DNA of 64,000 bases from NCBI GenBank assembly GCA_016201795.1, contig JACQCF010000005.1:20896-84895 (forward strand), written 5' to 3'. A program made the position numbers and the translations under genes. The notes beneath the pieces were generated by a model. The model searched no databases, was not told where the DNA came from, and saw only the letters and a program-made list of their open reading frames with translations. Numbering within the stretch: the first letter of the stretch is position 1; the number at the start of each line of letters is the position of its first letter. Positions 1 through 8,418 of this stretch are shown here, in pieces. The DNA comes from Candidatus Omnitrophota bacterium. GTDB taxonomy: Bacteria; Omnitrophota; Gorgyraeia; Zapsychrales; Fredricksoniimonadaceae.

Positions 1-592
1 ACAAAACCGAATCTTTAATGACCCCGTATTTGATGGCCTCCGCTAAGCCGTTGCGAATCTGCCGAAGCTTGAGTGTAGAAAGTACCTTGATGTCGGCAAA
101 TACCGCCTGAGGCTGATAAAACGCACCGACGAGATTTTTACCGTATTTCAAATCAATGGCAGTTTTTCCGCCGATAGCGGAATCAATTTGGGCCAACAGG
201 GTGGTGGGCACTTGAATGTAAGGGACTCCCCTTTTGTAAATGGCGGCCACCAACCCGGCCAAATCACCGACGACTCCCCCGCCTAAAGCGACGATAAAAA
301 TCTTGCGGTTGACATCATAATCGGCAATGCGTTCTATCAAACGTAGCGCACAAGAGGCTGACTTGCTTTGCTCTCCCTCGGGCACGTTAAAAATCTTAAC
401 GCAATATCCCTGCTTGACTAAAGCGGCTGATAGCCTCACACCATGCAAACGCTCAATGGTCGCATGCGAAATGATCACCGCGTCTTTTCCCAGAGGAAAT
501 TTTTTCAAATACTTCGGAATGTCTTTGAAAATATTAGGCCCGATGACAATGGGATATCCATGACTTTTAAGTTTCAGATGAATGGTGGTCAT
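1..592 (-). CDS. aroB: 3-dehydroquinate synthase (3' end runs off window)
   Basis: Not in ORF track; manual translation from ATG at 592: MTTIHLKL...VPEGEQSKS...ALGGGVVGDLAG...KRGVPYIQVPTTLLAQIDSAIGGKTAIDL..GKNLVGAFYQP...GLAEAIKYG; ATGA overlap with upstream gene. Confidence 0.95.
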   Translation of the reverse strand, partial: MTTIHLKLKSHGYPIVIGPNIFKDIPKYLKKFPLGKDAVIISHATIERLHGVRLSAALVKQGYCVKIFNVPEGEQSKSASCALRLIERIADYDVNRKIFIVALGGGVVGDLAGLVAAIYKRGVPYIQVPTTLLAQIDSAIGGKTAIDLKYGKNLVGAFYQPQAVFADIKVLSTLKLRQIRNGLAEAIKYGVIKDSVL

Positions 593-1197
593 AACTCAAT
601 CCCCAGCCAGTTCGCTAATATCGACATCAAAGGGTATAAAAATTTTAACATACCCATTTGTAAAAGCACTACCACGATGATCAGCCCAAACGGTTCCAGT
701 TTACTATAATAATACGCCAACTGACGGGGCAAAAGCCCCATAACGATGCGTGAGCCATCCAGCGGTGGAATCGGCATCAAGTTAAACACACAGATGACAA
801 TATTAAAAAGTATAGCCCATTGCCACACATGGGACAAAGGCGAAAATATTTGAAGTTTATAAAGCCAGATATAGCCGTAAGCTAAGATCACATTGGTCAG
901 CGGTCCGGCAGTGGCCACCAGTATCATCCCCAGGCGGAGATTTTTAAGCCGCCTGAAATTAACCGGCACTGGTTTGGCCCAGCCGAAAAAAATCGGTGAG
1001 TGAAGTAAAAATAACACACCGGGAACCAAAATACTGCCGATGGGGTCAATGTGTTTGATGGGATTAAGCGTCAGGCGCCCCATGTCTTTGGCCGTAGTAT
1101 CCCCACAACGATAGGCCACCCATCCATGTGCGTATTCATGCAGAATAATGGCCGGCCCCACCGCAAATACCATTAATAAAATAATGTCGAGGATCAT
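589..1197 (-). CDS. site-2 protease family (M50) membrane metalloprotease
   Basis: HEYAH zinc motif, GRLTLNP, AGPLTN, NLMPIPPLDG; multiple hydrophobic segments. Confidence 0.92.
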   Translation of the reverse strand: MILDIILLMVFAVGPAIILHEYAHGWVAYRCGDTTAKDMGRLTLNPIKHIDPIGSILVPGVLFLLHSPIFFGWAKPVPVNFRRLKNLRLGMILVATAGPLTNVILAYGYIWLYKLQIFSPLSHVWQWAILFNIVICVFNLMPIPPLDGSRIVMGLLPRQLAYYYSKLEPFGLIIVVVLLQMGMLKFLYPLMSILANWLGIEL

Positions 1198-1760
1198 GAT
1201 CGTCCTTTGACTTCAAGGGAACCTGGCATCGACGGCGGTTCGCTCTTGGGCTGCGCTGGCAGACGTAAGGGACCTCTGATGAAAGAGGGTTCCACCGTCA
1301 GGGACTTGACGCTCAAAAAATCCTTATAAATCCAACCCACCGCCTCTGCCGGCGGCTCAATTTGGTACCAGCCATTGGTTTGTGCAATGACTTTAACCAG
1401 ATCGCCTTTCTTTAACTGACCGAGGCTTGCCGAATCGCTGTTAGCTCTGGCGCGAATATGGACTTTATCGCCGGTTATTTCAGCCATCAAATGTTGGCGT
1501 ATCTGCAGATAATCGGCCCGAATATAGGCTTGGGCCGTTATCGGCAGCTGTATTTTATACCAATCAAAACTTCTGCCCCAAACCACAATCTCGGCCCCGC
1601 GGTTTATCTTGTCGAGTTTTTCAAAATTCATATTAGCCCCGGCACGGATATTGACCGATGCTTTGCTCACCTGCGCTAAAAAAGGAAAATGCTCATCCGC
1701 ATATCCCAGGGCGCATAGCCCAAACATAAGGACAACAGATAAGCAAATAATTCGAAACAT
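1194..1760 (-). CDS. exported protein with two bacterial SH3 (SH3b-like) domains
   Basis: Signal peptide; two repeats VNIRAGA...WYKI..AYI and VHIRARA...WYQI..GWI. Confidence 0.8.
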   Translation of the reverse strand: MFRIICLSVVLMFGLCALGYADEHFPFLAQVSKASVNIRAGANMNFEKLDKINRGAEIVVWGRSFDWYKIQLPITAQAYIRADYLQIRQHLMAEITGDKVHIRARANSDSASLGQLKKGDLVKVIAQTNGWYQIEPPAEAVGWIYKDFLSVKSLTVEPSFIRGPLRLPAQPKSEPPSMPGSLEVKGRS

Positions 1761-2086
1761 TATTTCTTGGAGGCGCCAGCGGCAGGTTTACCTGTCGCAG
1801 CAGGTTTACCCGCCGTGGCTGGTTTGGCAGCAGCAGCCGGTTTCTCTGCGCCGGTAGCAGCGCCTGCGGCGGTAGGAGCACCAGCAGCAGCTTCCCCTTC
1901 TCCCTCAGCTTTAACTTTCTTCTTAGCCTTAATGCGGATAATCTTGGTCTTGGGAAGACCGGTCACCGCGCTGTCTTCTTTCCAGAGGCCTTTTTTCATT
2001 AATTCTTTGATGCGTTCAATACGCGTCTGCACTGTACGCTGCGTGGCGCTGGCTTTGTCGATTCTCAGTGATGAATGTAGTGACAT
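1760..2086 (-). CDS. PVC-type small basic protein (TIGR04137-like) with Ala/Pro/Lys-rich tail
   Basis: MSLHSSL..RTVQTRIERIKELMKKGLWKEDSAVTGLPKTK resembles the Chlamydiae/Verrucomicrobia/Planctomycetes small basic protein pattern. Confidence 0.8.
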   Translation of the reverse strand: MSLHSSLRIDKASATQRTVQTRIERIKELMKKGLWKEDSAVTGLPKTKIIRIKAKKKVKAEGEGEAAAGAPTAAGAATGAEKPAAAAKPATAGKPAATGKPAAGASKK

Positions 2087-2694
2087 TAAAATCTCCTGAC
2101 TTGACTGCCTTGATATTTCGCCTGAACTTTCTTGAAGGAGGCATCGGCCTGTGGTTGAGAGCTATATGGCCCGACACAAACCAAATAAAAATCTTTCTTT
2201 TTAATCAGAAAAACCGGATACCCCTTGAGCTTTAATCCCAACGCTTCTTGTTGGGCGTAATTTTCGTTTCTGTAGGTAGCCACCAAAACGGTCCATTTGC
2301 TGCCGGAGGCAACAGCTCTGAGAGTCGTCGCTGGCTGTGTTTTAACGGCTGCTGTCCTTACAGCAAACGTTGCGGTGACGCCAGAAACCAAGGCCGGATG
2401 AATGAAAGCGTTATTATCAGTTGTCGGATTAGGAGCCGCCAGACGGCGGCCTCCCACGTTCCAGGCTGCAGCCACTTTATTATCTAAAGCCTGCGCGGCT
2501 AAACGCTTGCCCTGCTCCACCCCTACAGAGAACGACAAAAGACCAATCATTATAGCCAAAACCACTAAAACCACAAGGCTTTCTGTCGAGAGGGTCAGCG
2601 TCGCTAAAAGGAATTTGGGCTTGTTGACATCTTCCAGGGTTGCGGAGTTAATGGGAAAAAGTTCAAACTGAGGTTCTTTATAATTAATGTTCAT
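2086..2694 (-). CDS. membrane-anchored SPOR-domain protein
   Basis: Single TM ending FSVGVEQG, low-complexity linker, C-terminal WTVLVATYRNENYA...YLVCVGPYSSQPQA SPOR-like domain. Confidence 0.8.
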   Translation of the reverse strand: MNINYKEPQFELFPINSATLEDVNKPKFLLATLTLSTESLVVLVVLAIMIGLLSFSVGVEQGKRLAAQALDNKVAAAWNVGGRRLAAPNPTTDNNAFIHPALVSGVTATFAVRTAAVKTQPATTLRAVASGSKWTVLVATYRNENYAQQEALGLKLKGYPVFLIKKKDFYLVCVGPYSSQPQADASFKKVQAKYQGSQVRRF

Positions 2695-2729
2695 AAAATA
2701 ATTCCGTTGGTCTCTTTTTAGAGTAAGAC

Positions 2730-2759
2730 ATTATAATTCTAGCCCTTGAGCAATGACAA
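2730..2759 (-). promoter_or_regulatory. putative sigma70 promoter for SPOR gene onward
   Basis: TTGTCA (2759-2754), 18 nt spacer, TATAAT (2735-2730). Confidence 0.5.
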
Positions 2760-3794
2760 GACATTTCTAAACTTTTTTAGACGAGAAAGACCGAGAAAAA
2801 CCTCGATGATTTTGGGATCGAATTGGCTGCCGCTTTCTTCTTTAAGCTCCAAGAGCGCCTGATCGATCGTTCCTGCTTTGCGATAAGGCCTGGCTTGCAC
2901 CATGGCTTCAAACGCATCGACGACGGCAATAATACGGGCCCCCAACGGTATCTGTTCTTTCTTCAAACCCGACGGATAACCGCCGCCGTCGTAATGTTCA
3001 TGATGATACAGAATAATCGGCAAGATAGGTTTTAAAAACTCGACGGGTTTAATCAGCGCCACACTATGAGCCGTATGTCGACGGATAATTTTAAATTCCT
3101 CGGCCGTCAAAGCACTTTGTTTGGAAAGAATGGCAAACGGCACGTCAATCACACCGATATCATGCAACAGCGACGCATACTCCAGAGACCGCATACCCTC
3201 CTCGCCGATATTCAAATGCATGGCCAGCAGGCGTACCACCCGCATATAAGCCGGGGTGTGGGTCAAAGGATGCGCCTGACGACTGATCAAATTGCCGATG
3301 GATTTGATGCTGCCTAAAATGATCTGCTCCTGCTGCTGATGAAACTGCAGATTTTTAATGGCGGTCACCGCCTGTTCGGCAAACACCGAAAGCATTTGCC
3401 GGTCAAATTCCCCAAAAGCCTCGTTGCTTTTGGGACGGCGGATGAAGATGGCGCCGATATAATCATCGCTAATGAGCGGCAGGCCAAGGGTGTGATGTTC
3501 CAAAACGGAAGCCCCCCGGGTGACCCTGATCACTTCCGGCGGAACATCCTTTAATTCTTTGGGTTTCTGGCGCAGGATGTTGATTTGGTTATCAAAACTG
3601 GCAATGAGATTGATATTCTTCTTTATCGGGTCAATCAAATAGACGCTGGCCGAAGAGGCCCGGATAAACTGGCATAACAGGCGGGTTAATCGAAGCGTCA
3701 ATTCCCCAACGGTAAAGGTGGAGTTGACCAGGCGGTAGACCATGTGCACCGCCGAGAGGATCAAACGATAACGTTTGGAAGCTGGGACATTCAT
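2739..3794 (-). CDS. GAF + HD-GYP domain phosphodiesterase
   Basis: N-terminal GAF-like region (GLPL..IGAI..AFGEFDRQML..AEQAVTAI); LLHDIG, HHEHYDGGGYPSGL, ARIIAVVDAFEAM, GSQFDP. Confidence 0.9.
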   Translation of the reverse strand: MNVPASKRYRLILSAVHMVYRLVNSTFTVGELTLRLTRLLCQFIRASSASVYLIDPIKKNINLIASFDNQINILRQKPKELKDVPPEVIRVTRGASVLEHHTLGLPLISDDYIGAIFIRRPKSNEAFGEFDRQMLSVFAEQAVTAIKNLQFHQQQEQIILGSIKSIGNLISRQAHPLTHTPAYMRVVRLLAMHLNIGEEGMRSLEYASLLHDIGVIDVPFAILSKQSALTAEEFKIIRRHTAHSVALIKPVEFLKPILPIILYHHEHYDGGGYPSGLKKEQIPLGARIIAVVDAFEAMVQARPYRKAGTIDQALLELKEESGSQFDPKIIEVFLGLSRLKKFRNVLSLLKG

Positions 3795-4960
3795 ACTTTT
3801 TGGTACGGATCAAACAGCCGTTTGTGCTCATCGAGCGCGAAACGATCCGTCATGGAGGCAATATAATTGCCGATGATTTCATATTTTTGCGCCTCGGAAA
3901 ATTCTTTCTGCCGCGGATACACCTGATAAGGCAATTGTTTGGGGTTTTTGATATACACCTCAAACAAATCTTCAATCACCCGCCGGGCTTTGGTGGTCAT
4001 ACGCTCCACCCGCCAGTGGTGATACAATTTTTCATTGAGCATCTGTTGTAAACAATCGCGCTCAGAGGCCATCTGTTTGGAAAAACCGACGATGGTTTCT
4101 TTACAAATTTTAACATCTTCGGCGGATTGAAAAGAACTTTCGCGCAGCCTTTCGTCGGTGGCGGCCAAAAGGTCTTTGACCTGCATATCGATGAGCTCCT
4201 TGACGATCTGATATTTAAACATCGCCGCATCCGCATCTCTGGCCTCAGGGCCGATTTTTTTAACCGCCTTCTGCCATAGAGGACTTTCCATCAAATCTTC
4301 TTCACCAATACAACCGGCGGTCAAACCATCGTCAATGTCATGATTTAAATAGGCCAGCGAATCGGCAATGTCCACCACCTGCGCCTCCAGGGTGGGGCCT
4401 TCTTTAAATTTGCGGTAAGCGGTGACGCTTAGCGTATCATAAATGGTCTGATGCTTGAGAATCCCCACCAGCACTTCACGGGTTAAATTCAGACCATCAA
4501 AATGCGGATATTTCTTCTCAAATTGAGTGACTATTTCAAAACTGCGCAAATTATGATTAAAGCCTCTGCCGCTGCCGCGACGGACAATCGCATCCAGCGC
4601 CTCTTCCCCGGCGTGACCGAATGGCGGATGACCCAGGTCATGGGCCAGGGCAATAGCCTCGATCAAATCTTCATTCAAACGCAAATTACGGCCGATGGTG
4701 CGGGCCAGTTGCGCCACTTCAATGGTATGCGTTAAACGGGTACGATAATAATCGCCTTCAAAGATCACAAACACTTGAGTTTTATATTCGAGTTTGCGAA
4801 AGGCCTCCGAGTGGACAATGCGGTCGCGGTCGCGCTGATAACAGCTGCGGCCCTCGTGCGGGGGCTCCTCATGCTCGCGCCCGGCCGAGTCTTTGCTTTT
4901 CATGGCATAAGGCGCTAAAATTTTACCTTCTAACTCTTCGATGTCTTTTCTGGTTTGCAT
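3791..4960 (-). CDS. dgt: dGTP triphosphohydrolase (dNTPase, HD family); start uncertain (4960 or 4975)
   Basis: YQRDRDRIVHS, KTQVF, RTRLTHT, AHDLGHPPFGHAGE, ADSLAYLNHDIDDG, YIASMTD. Confidence 0.93.
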   Translation of the reverse strand: MQTRKDIEELEGKILAPYAMKSKDSAGREHEEPPHEGRSCYQRDRDRIVHSEAFRKLEYKTQVFVIFEGDYYRTRLTHTIEVAQLARTIGRNLRLNEDLIEAIALAHDLGHPPFGHAGEEALDAIVRRGSGRGFNHNLRSFEIVTQFEKKYPHFDGLNLTREVLVGILKHQTIYDTLSVTAYRKFKEGPTLEAQVVDIADSLAYLNHDIDDGLTAGCIGEEDLMESPLWQKAVKKIGPEARDADAAMFKYQIVKELIDMQVKDLLAATDERLRESSFQSAEDVKICKETIVGFSKQMASERDCLQQMLNEKLYHHWRVERMTTKARRVIEDLFEVYIKNPKQLPYQVYPRQKEFSEAQKYEIIGNYIASMTDRFALDEHKRLFDPYQKV

Positions 4961-5447
4961 GGAAATGAGGAGCATCTGTCAATAATTGATAAATAGCTTT
5001 GAGCGACTGAGTAATAATCTTAGTTTGTCCGACCACGGGCATAAAATTATAATCCCCCTTCCAGCGCGGCACCACATGCATATGCACATGCTGGGGGATA
5101 CCAGCACCGGCGCTACGGCCTAAATTGATCCCCACATTAAACCCGTGGGGGTTTAAGACCTTTTGCAAAAGGTCTTTGGTGTTAAGCAGAATCTCCATCA
5201 TCTCTTTGATCTCCTCTTCGCTCAGATCGCTGATATCGTTCACATGGCGGTTGGGTAAAATCAAACAATGGCCGTTGCTGTAAGGGTAAATATTTAAGAC
5301 CGCGTAGGCTAAAGAACTGCGTAAAAAAATGTAATTCTTGGCATCCTTTTTGTCTTTAAGGATGCGGCAAAAAATACAGCCCTTGTGCTGACGGCTGATC
5401 ACTTTGGCAATATAACCTTCGCGCCACGGCGCCCAGAGCCTTTGCAT
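4923..5447 (-). CDS. HIT family protein (Ap4A hydrolase/phosphorylase type)
   Basis: LWAPWR, CIFC, LNIYPYSNGH, GFNVGINLG..AGAGIPQHVHMHVVPRW. Confidence 0.9.
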   Translation of the reverse strand: MQRLWAPWREGYIAKVISRQHKGCIFCRILKDKKDAKNYIFLRSSLAYAVLNIYPYSNGHCLILPNRHVNDISDLSEEEIKEMMEILLNTKDLLQKVLNPHGFNVGINLGRSAGAGIPQHVHMHVVPRWKGDYNFMPVVGQTKIITQSLKAIYQLLTDAPHFHANQKRHRRVRR

Positions 5448-5463
5448 AAGAAATTATTTTAGC

Positions 5464-5526
5464 AGAGAATCCCGTCTTGACCAGCAGTTTTCAGGTTAAT
5501 CCCTGAACATGCCGACGGTTCTTTCT
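5464..5526 (-). other. extended imperfect intergenic hairpin
   Basis: Nested arms CCGTC/GACGG, GGCA/TGCT, TTCAGG/CCTGAA around loop GATTAA fill most of the 79-nt spacer. Confidence 0.5.
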
Positions 5527-6003
5527 CTACAATTTAATAATACGCGTTTGGATTTTATCCTTGCGGATTTCGATAAGGCCGTAGGAAAAAAACTTGGCTT
5601 TGACCACATCATTGGGGCTGCCGGGATTAAAATAAATCACCCTGTTCATGGTTTGATTCAAAGCCTGATGGGAATGGCCGAAAATGACAATATCAACCGC
5701 TACGCCTTTAAACTGCTCTTTAGCATTGGCCAAAGCGTCTTTGGTAGGCCTATCGCCGTGATAAACACCAATCTTAACACCTTCGCATTCAAAATATTCT
5801 TTCAGCGGCAGTTTCTTTTTCACCCCGGGATCGCACATATTACCCTGCACCGCCTTGACTTCTTTAATCTTTTGAAAAGTCTTGAGGGTCTCTAAATCAC
5901 ACAAATCACCGGCGTGAATAATCAAATCCGCTTTTGAAAGAGCTTCCAAAAGTTTGACAGGCAAAGGCAAAGAATGGGTGTCAGCAACAACAGCGATTTT
6001 CAT
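5527..6003 (-). CDS. YfcE/MJ0936-type metallophosphoesterase
   Basis: ADTH, HAGD, VQGNMC, YHGD, FGHSH, NPGS motifs. Confidence 0.92.
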   Translation of the reverse strand: MKIAVVADTHSLPLPVKLLEALSKADLIIHAGDLCDLETLKTFQKIKEVKAVQGNMCDPGVKKKLPLKEYFECEGVKIGVYHGDRPTKDALANAKEQFKGVAVDIVIFGHSHQALNQTMNRVIYFNPGSPNDVVKAKFFSYGLIEIRKDKIQTRIIKL

Positions 6004-7637
6004 CGGGTCAGATAAGGCTCATCGTATAAATGCATAAGGGTATTAACCTCCCCCTCGTTCCAAATCCACCATTTGTCCTGCAGGGCGCGCACCTTGGCAC
6101 TTTCATCCAAACCGCTTAAGGACACCAACACACAGCGCCCGGGCCGCGGGGATAATTTTTTAATTTCCTGGGCCAAAGCGCTCAAATCATGCTCTAAAAC
6201 GGGATCTTTTTTAAGCACAATCAACCATTGCCCTTCCGAAGAGCTGGCCAAAAGCGCATCCAGAAAATTCCCCGCACCCAAACGCAATTTTAAGGGGGCA
6301 ATATCTTTAAAAGCGGATAATTTATACCTGCGCCCGCCCAGCTCAAAAGCCTCCTCATCGAACTTGTGCAATAAATCCATGATCCTTAACGATAAATCTT
6401 TGCGGGAGACCATCTGAAACTCATTGACGCGTTTGTTGATTTCTTCTTTAAACATCTTGCGGCTTTTGCCCGGCTCCAAATCAATGGCTTTCATCCGGCG
6501 TTGATACACATACTTGATCCAATATTTAAAAAGTTTATCCTTGATGTGATAATAATTGCCGTTTTTCTCGACGATATCCGCCTCTAATAGACTGTTGATC
6601 CGCTGGGTCACCAGAGAGGGTTTAAGGCTTAAATACTGCGCCGCATCTCCGATGCGGTGTTTGCCTTCCGCAAGAGCCACCAGCAAAGAACATAAACTGC
6701 CAGAGGCTTTGCCGCGGCACAGTTCGGTCACCGTCAATTCAAAATGACGGCTGACCACTCCCCAGGGATTAAAAACCAAATTTTCAATCGCCTGGGTGAG
6801 AATCGGGGCATAAATTTCCCCCTGACGATGCAAAGCTGTTAAACAAATCAATTCCTGGCAAAGCATATTGATATACAAAGGATAGCCGCCGGTAAAATCT
6901 GCCAGAAAATTTTTTAAATGCAGGCCGATTTTAATGCCTTCTAAATTATGATCCATGAGTCCCTGGCTGGTGGCTAAATCAAAAGGCGTGATCTCGATGA
7001 TTTCAAAATTGCCGAACAGCAAAGAAAGTTTCTCGGATAAAATGGTTTTGGCCTGGAGCCCGTTGGAGCTGGTGGTGATATACAAACAACTCTTTTGCGT
7101 CATGATGCGTTTGCCCAATTCCACAAACACATTCGTCACGGGAAAGTTTTCCAAATTCTGAAATTCATCCAGAATAAGTACGAGGGACTTTTTCGCTTCC
7201 TGACAGAAAGTCTCCGACAAATTCAACAGGGCGGCATACACCTCATTGCTTTTACCTTCTTTAAATAATGTTTGAATGGATTCTACCGCCGCTGTCGTCG
7301 TGGGAATTAAAGGACGACAAGCCTCGCAAAGCAATTTCAAATCTTCCTGCAGGGGCAAATTTTTCTTTTTTAAGAAATGATATAAAAGCCCTTTACTAAA
7401 CTGCCGGGTAAAATAAGCAAAATCGCGGGATTCCAGATTCAAATAAAGAATCACCACGTCGCGGTCTTCGAAATCAGCCGTAAAGCGCTCCAAGAGAGCG
7501 GTCTTGCCCACATAACGGCTGCCTACAAGAGCTAAATTCTGACGATAGCCGTCTTTAAGCCCCAGCACACGCTTGTTGAGAACATCCAGAATTTGGCGCC
7601 GTCCAAAAAAATTGTAATCAGAATCTGTCAGTGTCAT
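6000..7637 (-). CDS. archaeal-ATPase-type (ATPase_2-like) P-loop NTPase with wHTH and possible degenerate nuclease-like C-terminus
   Basis: FFGR, Walker A GSRYVGKT, Walker B LVLILDEFQ, TGGYPLY, YHIKDKLFKYW. Confidence 0.75.
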   Translation of the reverse strand: MTLTDSDYNFFGRRQILDVLNKRVLGLKDGYRQNLALVGSRYVGKTALLERFTADFEDRDVVILYLNLESRDFAYFTRQFSKGLLYHFLKKKNLPLQEDLKLLCEACRPLIPTTTAAVESIQTLFKEGKSNEVYAALLNLSETFCQEAKKSLVLILDEFQNLENFPVTNVFVELGKRIMTQKSCLYITTSSNGLQAKTILSEKLSLLFGNFEIIEITPFDLATSQGLMDHNLEGIKIGLHLKNFLADFTGGYPLYINMLCQELICLTALHRQGEIYAPILTQAIENLVFNPWGVVSRHFELTVTELCRGKASGSLCSLLVALAEGKHRIGDAAQYLSLKPSLVTQRINSLLEADIVEKNGNYYHIKDKLFKYWIKYVYQRRMKAIDLEPGKSRKMFKEEINKRVNEFQMVSRKDLSLRIMDLLHKFDEEAFELGGRRYKLSAFKDIAPLKLRLGAGNFLDALLASSSEGQWLIVLKKDPVLEHDLSALAQEIKKLSPRPGRCVLVSLSGLDESAKVRALQDKWWIWNEGEVNTLMHLYDEPYLTR

Positions 7638-8305
7638 GGTAAATAATACAAAGGATTGGTGGCTTCTTTGCCTCTTCGAATTTCAAAATGTAAAAAACCG
7701 CGGCCAGTCACAGAGCCGGCCTGCGCAATGGCCTCTCCCTTATACACATGATCCCCTAATTTGACCAGCAACTTGCGATTCAAAGCATACACCGAAATAA
7801 AACCGTCGCCGTGATCAATCATCACCGTCTGATTGTAACCGCTCATATAATCGACCAGGACCACCTGGCCTTCACGGGAAGCTTTCACGGTATCAGTGTC
7901 ACCGGCCTCGATGTCAATGCCCCGGTTTGAACCCTCTCCCCGGTGATCTTTAAAATAAGAAAGAATTTTACCTTTCATAGGCCAGGCAAATTCATCTTTA
8001 TTTTTATCCGGGCTGTAAGCGCTGGCCATTTCTTTGACTCCTTTGGCCCCGGGAACAAAAATCAGCTGCCCCACTTCAATGGCGGCCGCATTGGGAATGT
8101 TGTTAACCTCAGTGATATCCTCCACCGCCACCCCATAGGTTCTGGCAATATACCAGAGCGTCTGCCCCTTTTGCACCTTATGATAAATCCCCTGTTTTTT
8201 TTCTGCCGCTTGAGATGGTGCTTCAGGCAAAGGCTTGTACTCCATCGTGGCACAACCAGCGATGAAACCAACAGCTAGAAGAAAGAACAGTAATTTTAAA
8301 TTCAT
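7634..8305 (-). CDS. LysM + M23 peptidase-family lipoprotein (NlpD-like)
   Basis: Start reassigned to 8305 (track ORF runs through the tRNA); lipobox IAGC, LysM HKVQKGQTLWYIARTYGV, M23 GIDI...LHFEIR; Zn-ligand His positions appear replaced (NRGID, YAL), as in NlpD-type activators. Confidence 0.85.
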   Translation of the reverse strand: MNLKLLFFLLAVGFIAGCATMEYKPLPEAPSQAAEKKQGIYHKVQKGQTLWYIARTYGVAVEDITEVNNIPNAAAIEVGQLIFVPGAKGVKEMASAYSPDKNKDEFAWPMKGKILSYFKDHRGEGSNRGIDIEAGDTDTVKASREGQVVLVDYMSGYNQTVMIDHGDGFISVYALNRKLLVKLGDHVYKGEAIAQAGSVTGRGFLHFEIRRGKEATNPLYYLP

Positions 8306-8327
8306 ATAACACACATCTTTTATAGTA

Positions 8328-8346
8328 ATCCCGCCAAAGGCGGGAT
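8328..8346. repeat. palindrome ATCCCGCC-AAA-GGCGGGAT (CCCGCC/GGCGGG family)
   Basis: Perfect 8-bp inverted repeat immediately 3' of tRNA-Gly; related copies at 53777 and 53545. Confidence 0.7.
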
Positions 8347-8347
8347 C

Positions 8348-8418
8348 AGCGGGGGACGGGAATCGAACCCGCGCAGTCAGCTTGGGAAGCTGAAATTCTA
8401 CCACTGAATTACCCCCGC
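8348..8418 (-). tRNA. tRNA-Gly (CCC), CCA not encoded
   Basis: GCGGGGG/CCCCCGC acceptor stem, anticodon arm TCAGC-TTCCCAA-GCTGA, GGTTCGATT T-loop, U73. Confidence 0.96.

Noticed and set aside
8306-8404. N-terminal extension of the LysM/M23 ORF
   Set aside because: It is a translation of the tRNA-Gly sequence; the lipoprotein signal peptide begins at 8305.
8348-8418. tRNA-Gly as a prophage/island attachment site
   Set aside because: No integrase, no duplicated tRNA 3' end seen, and the flanking genes look like core genes.
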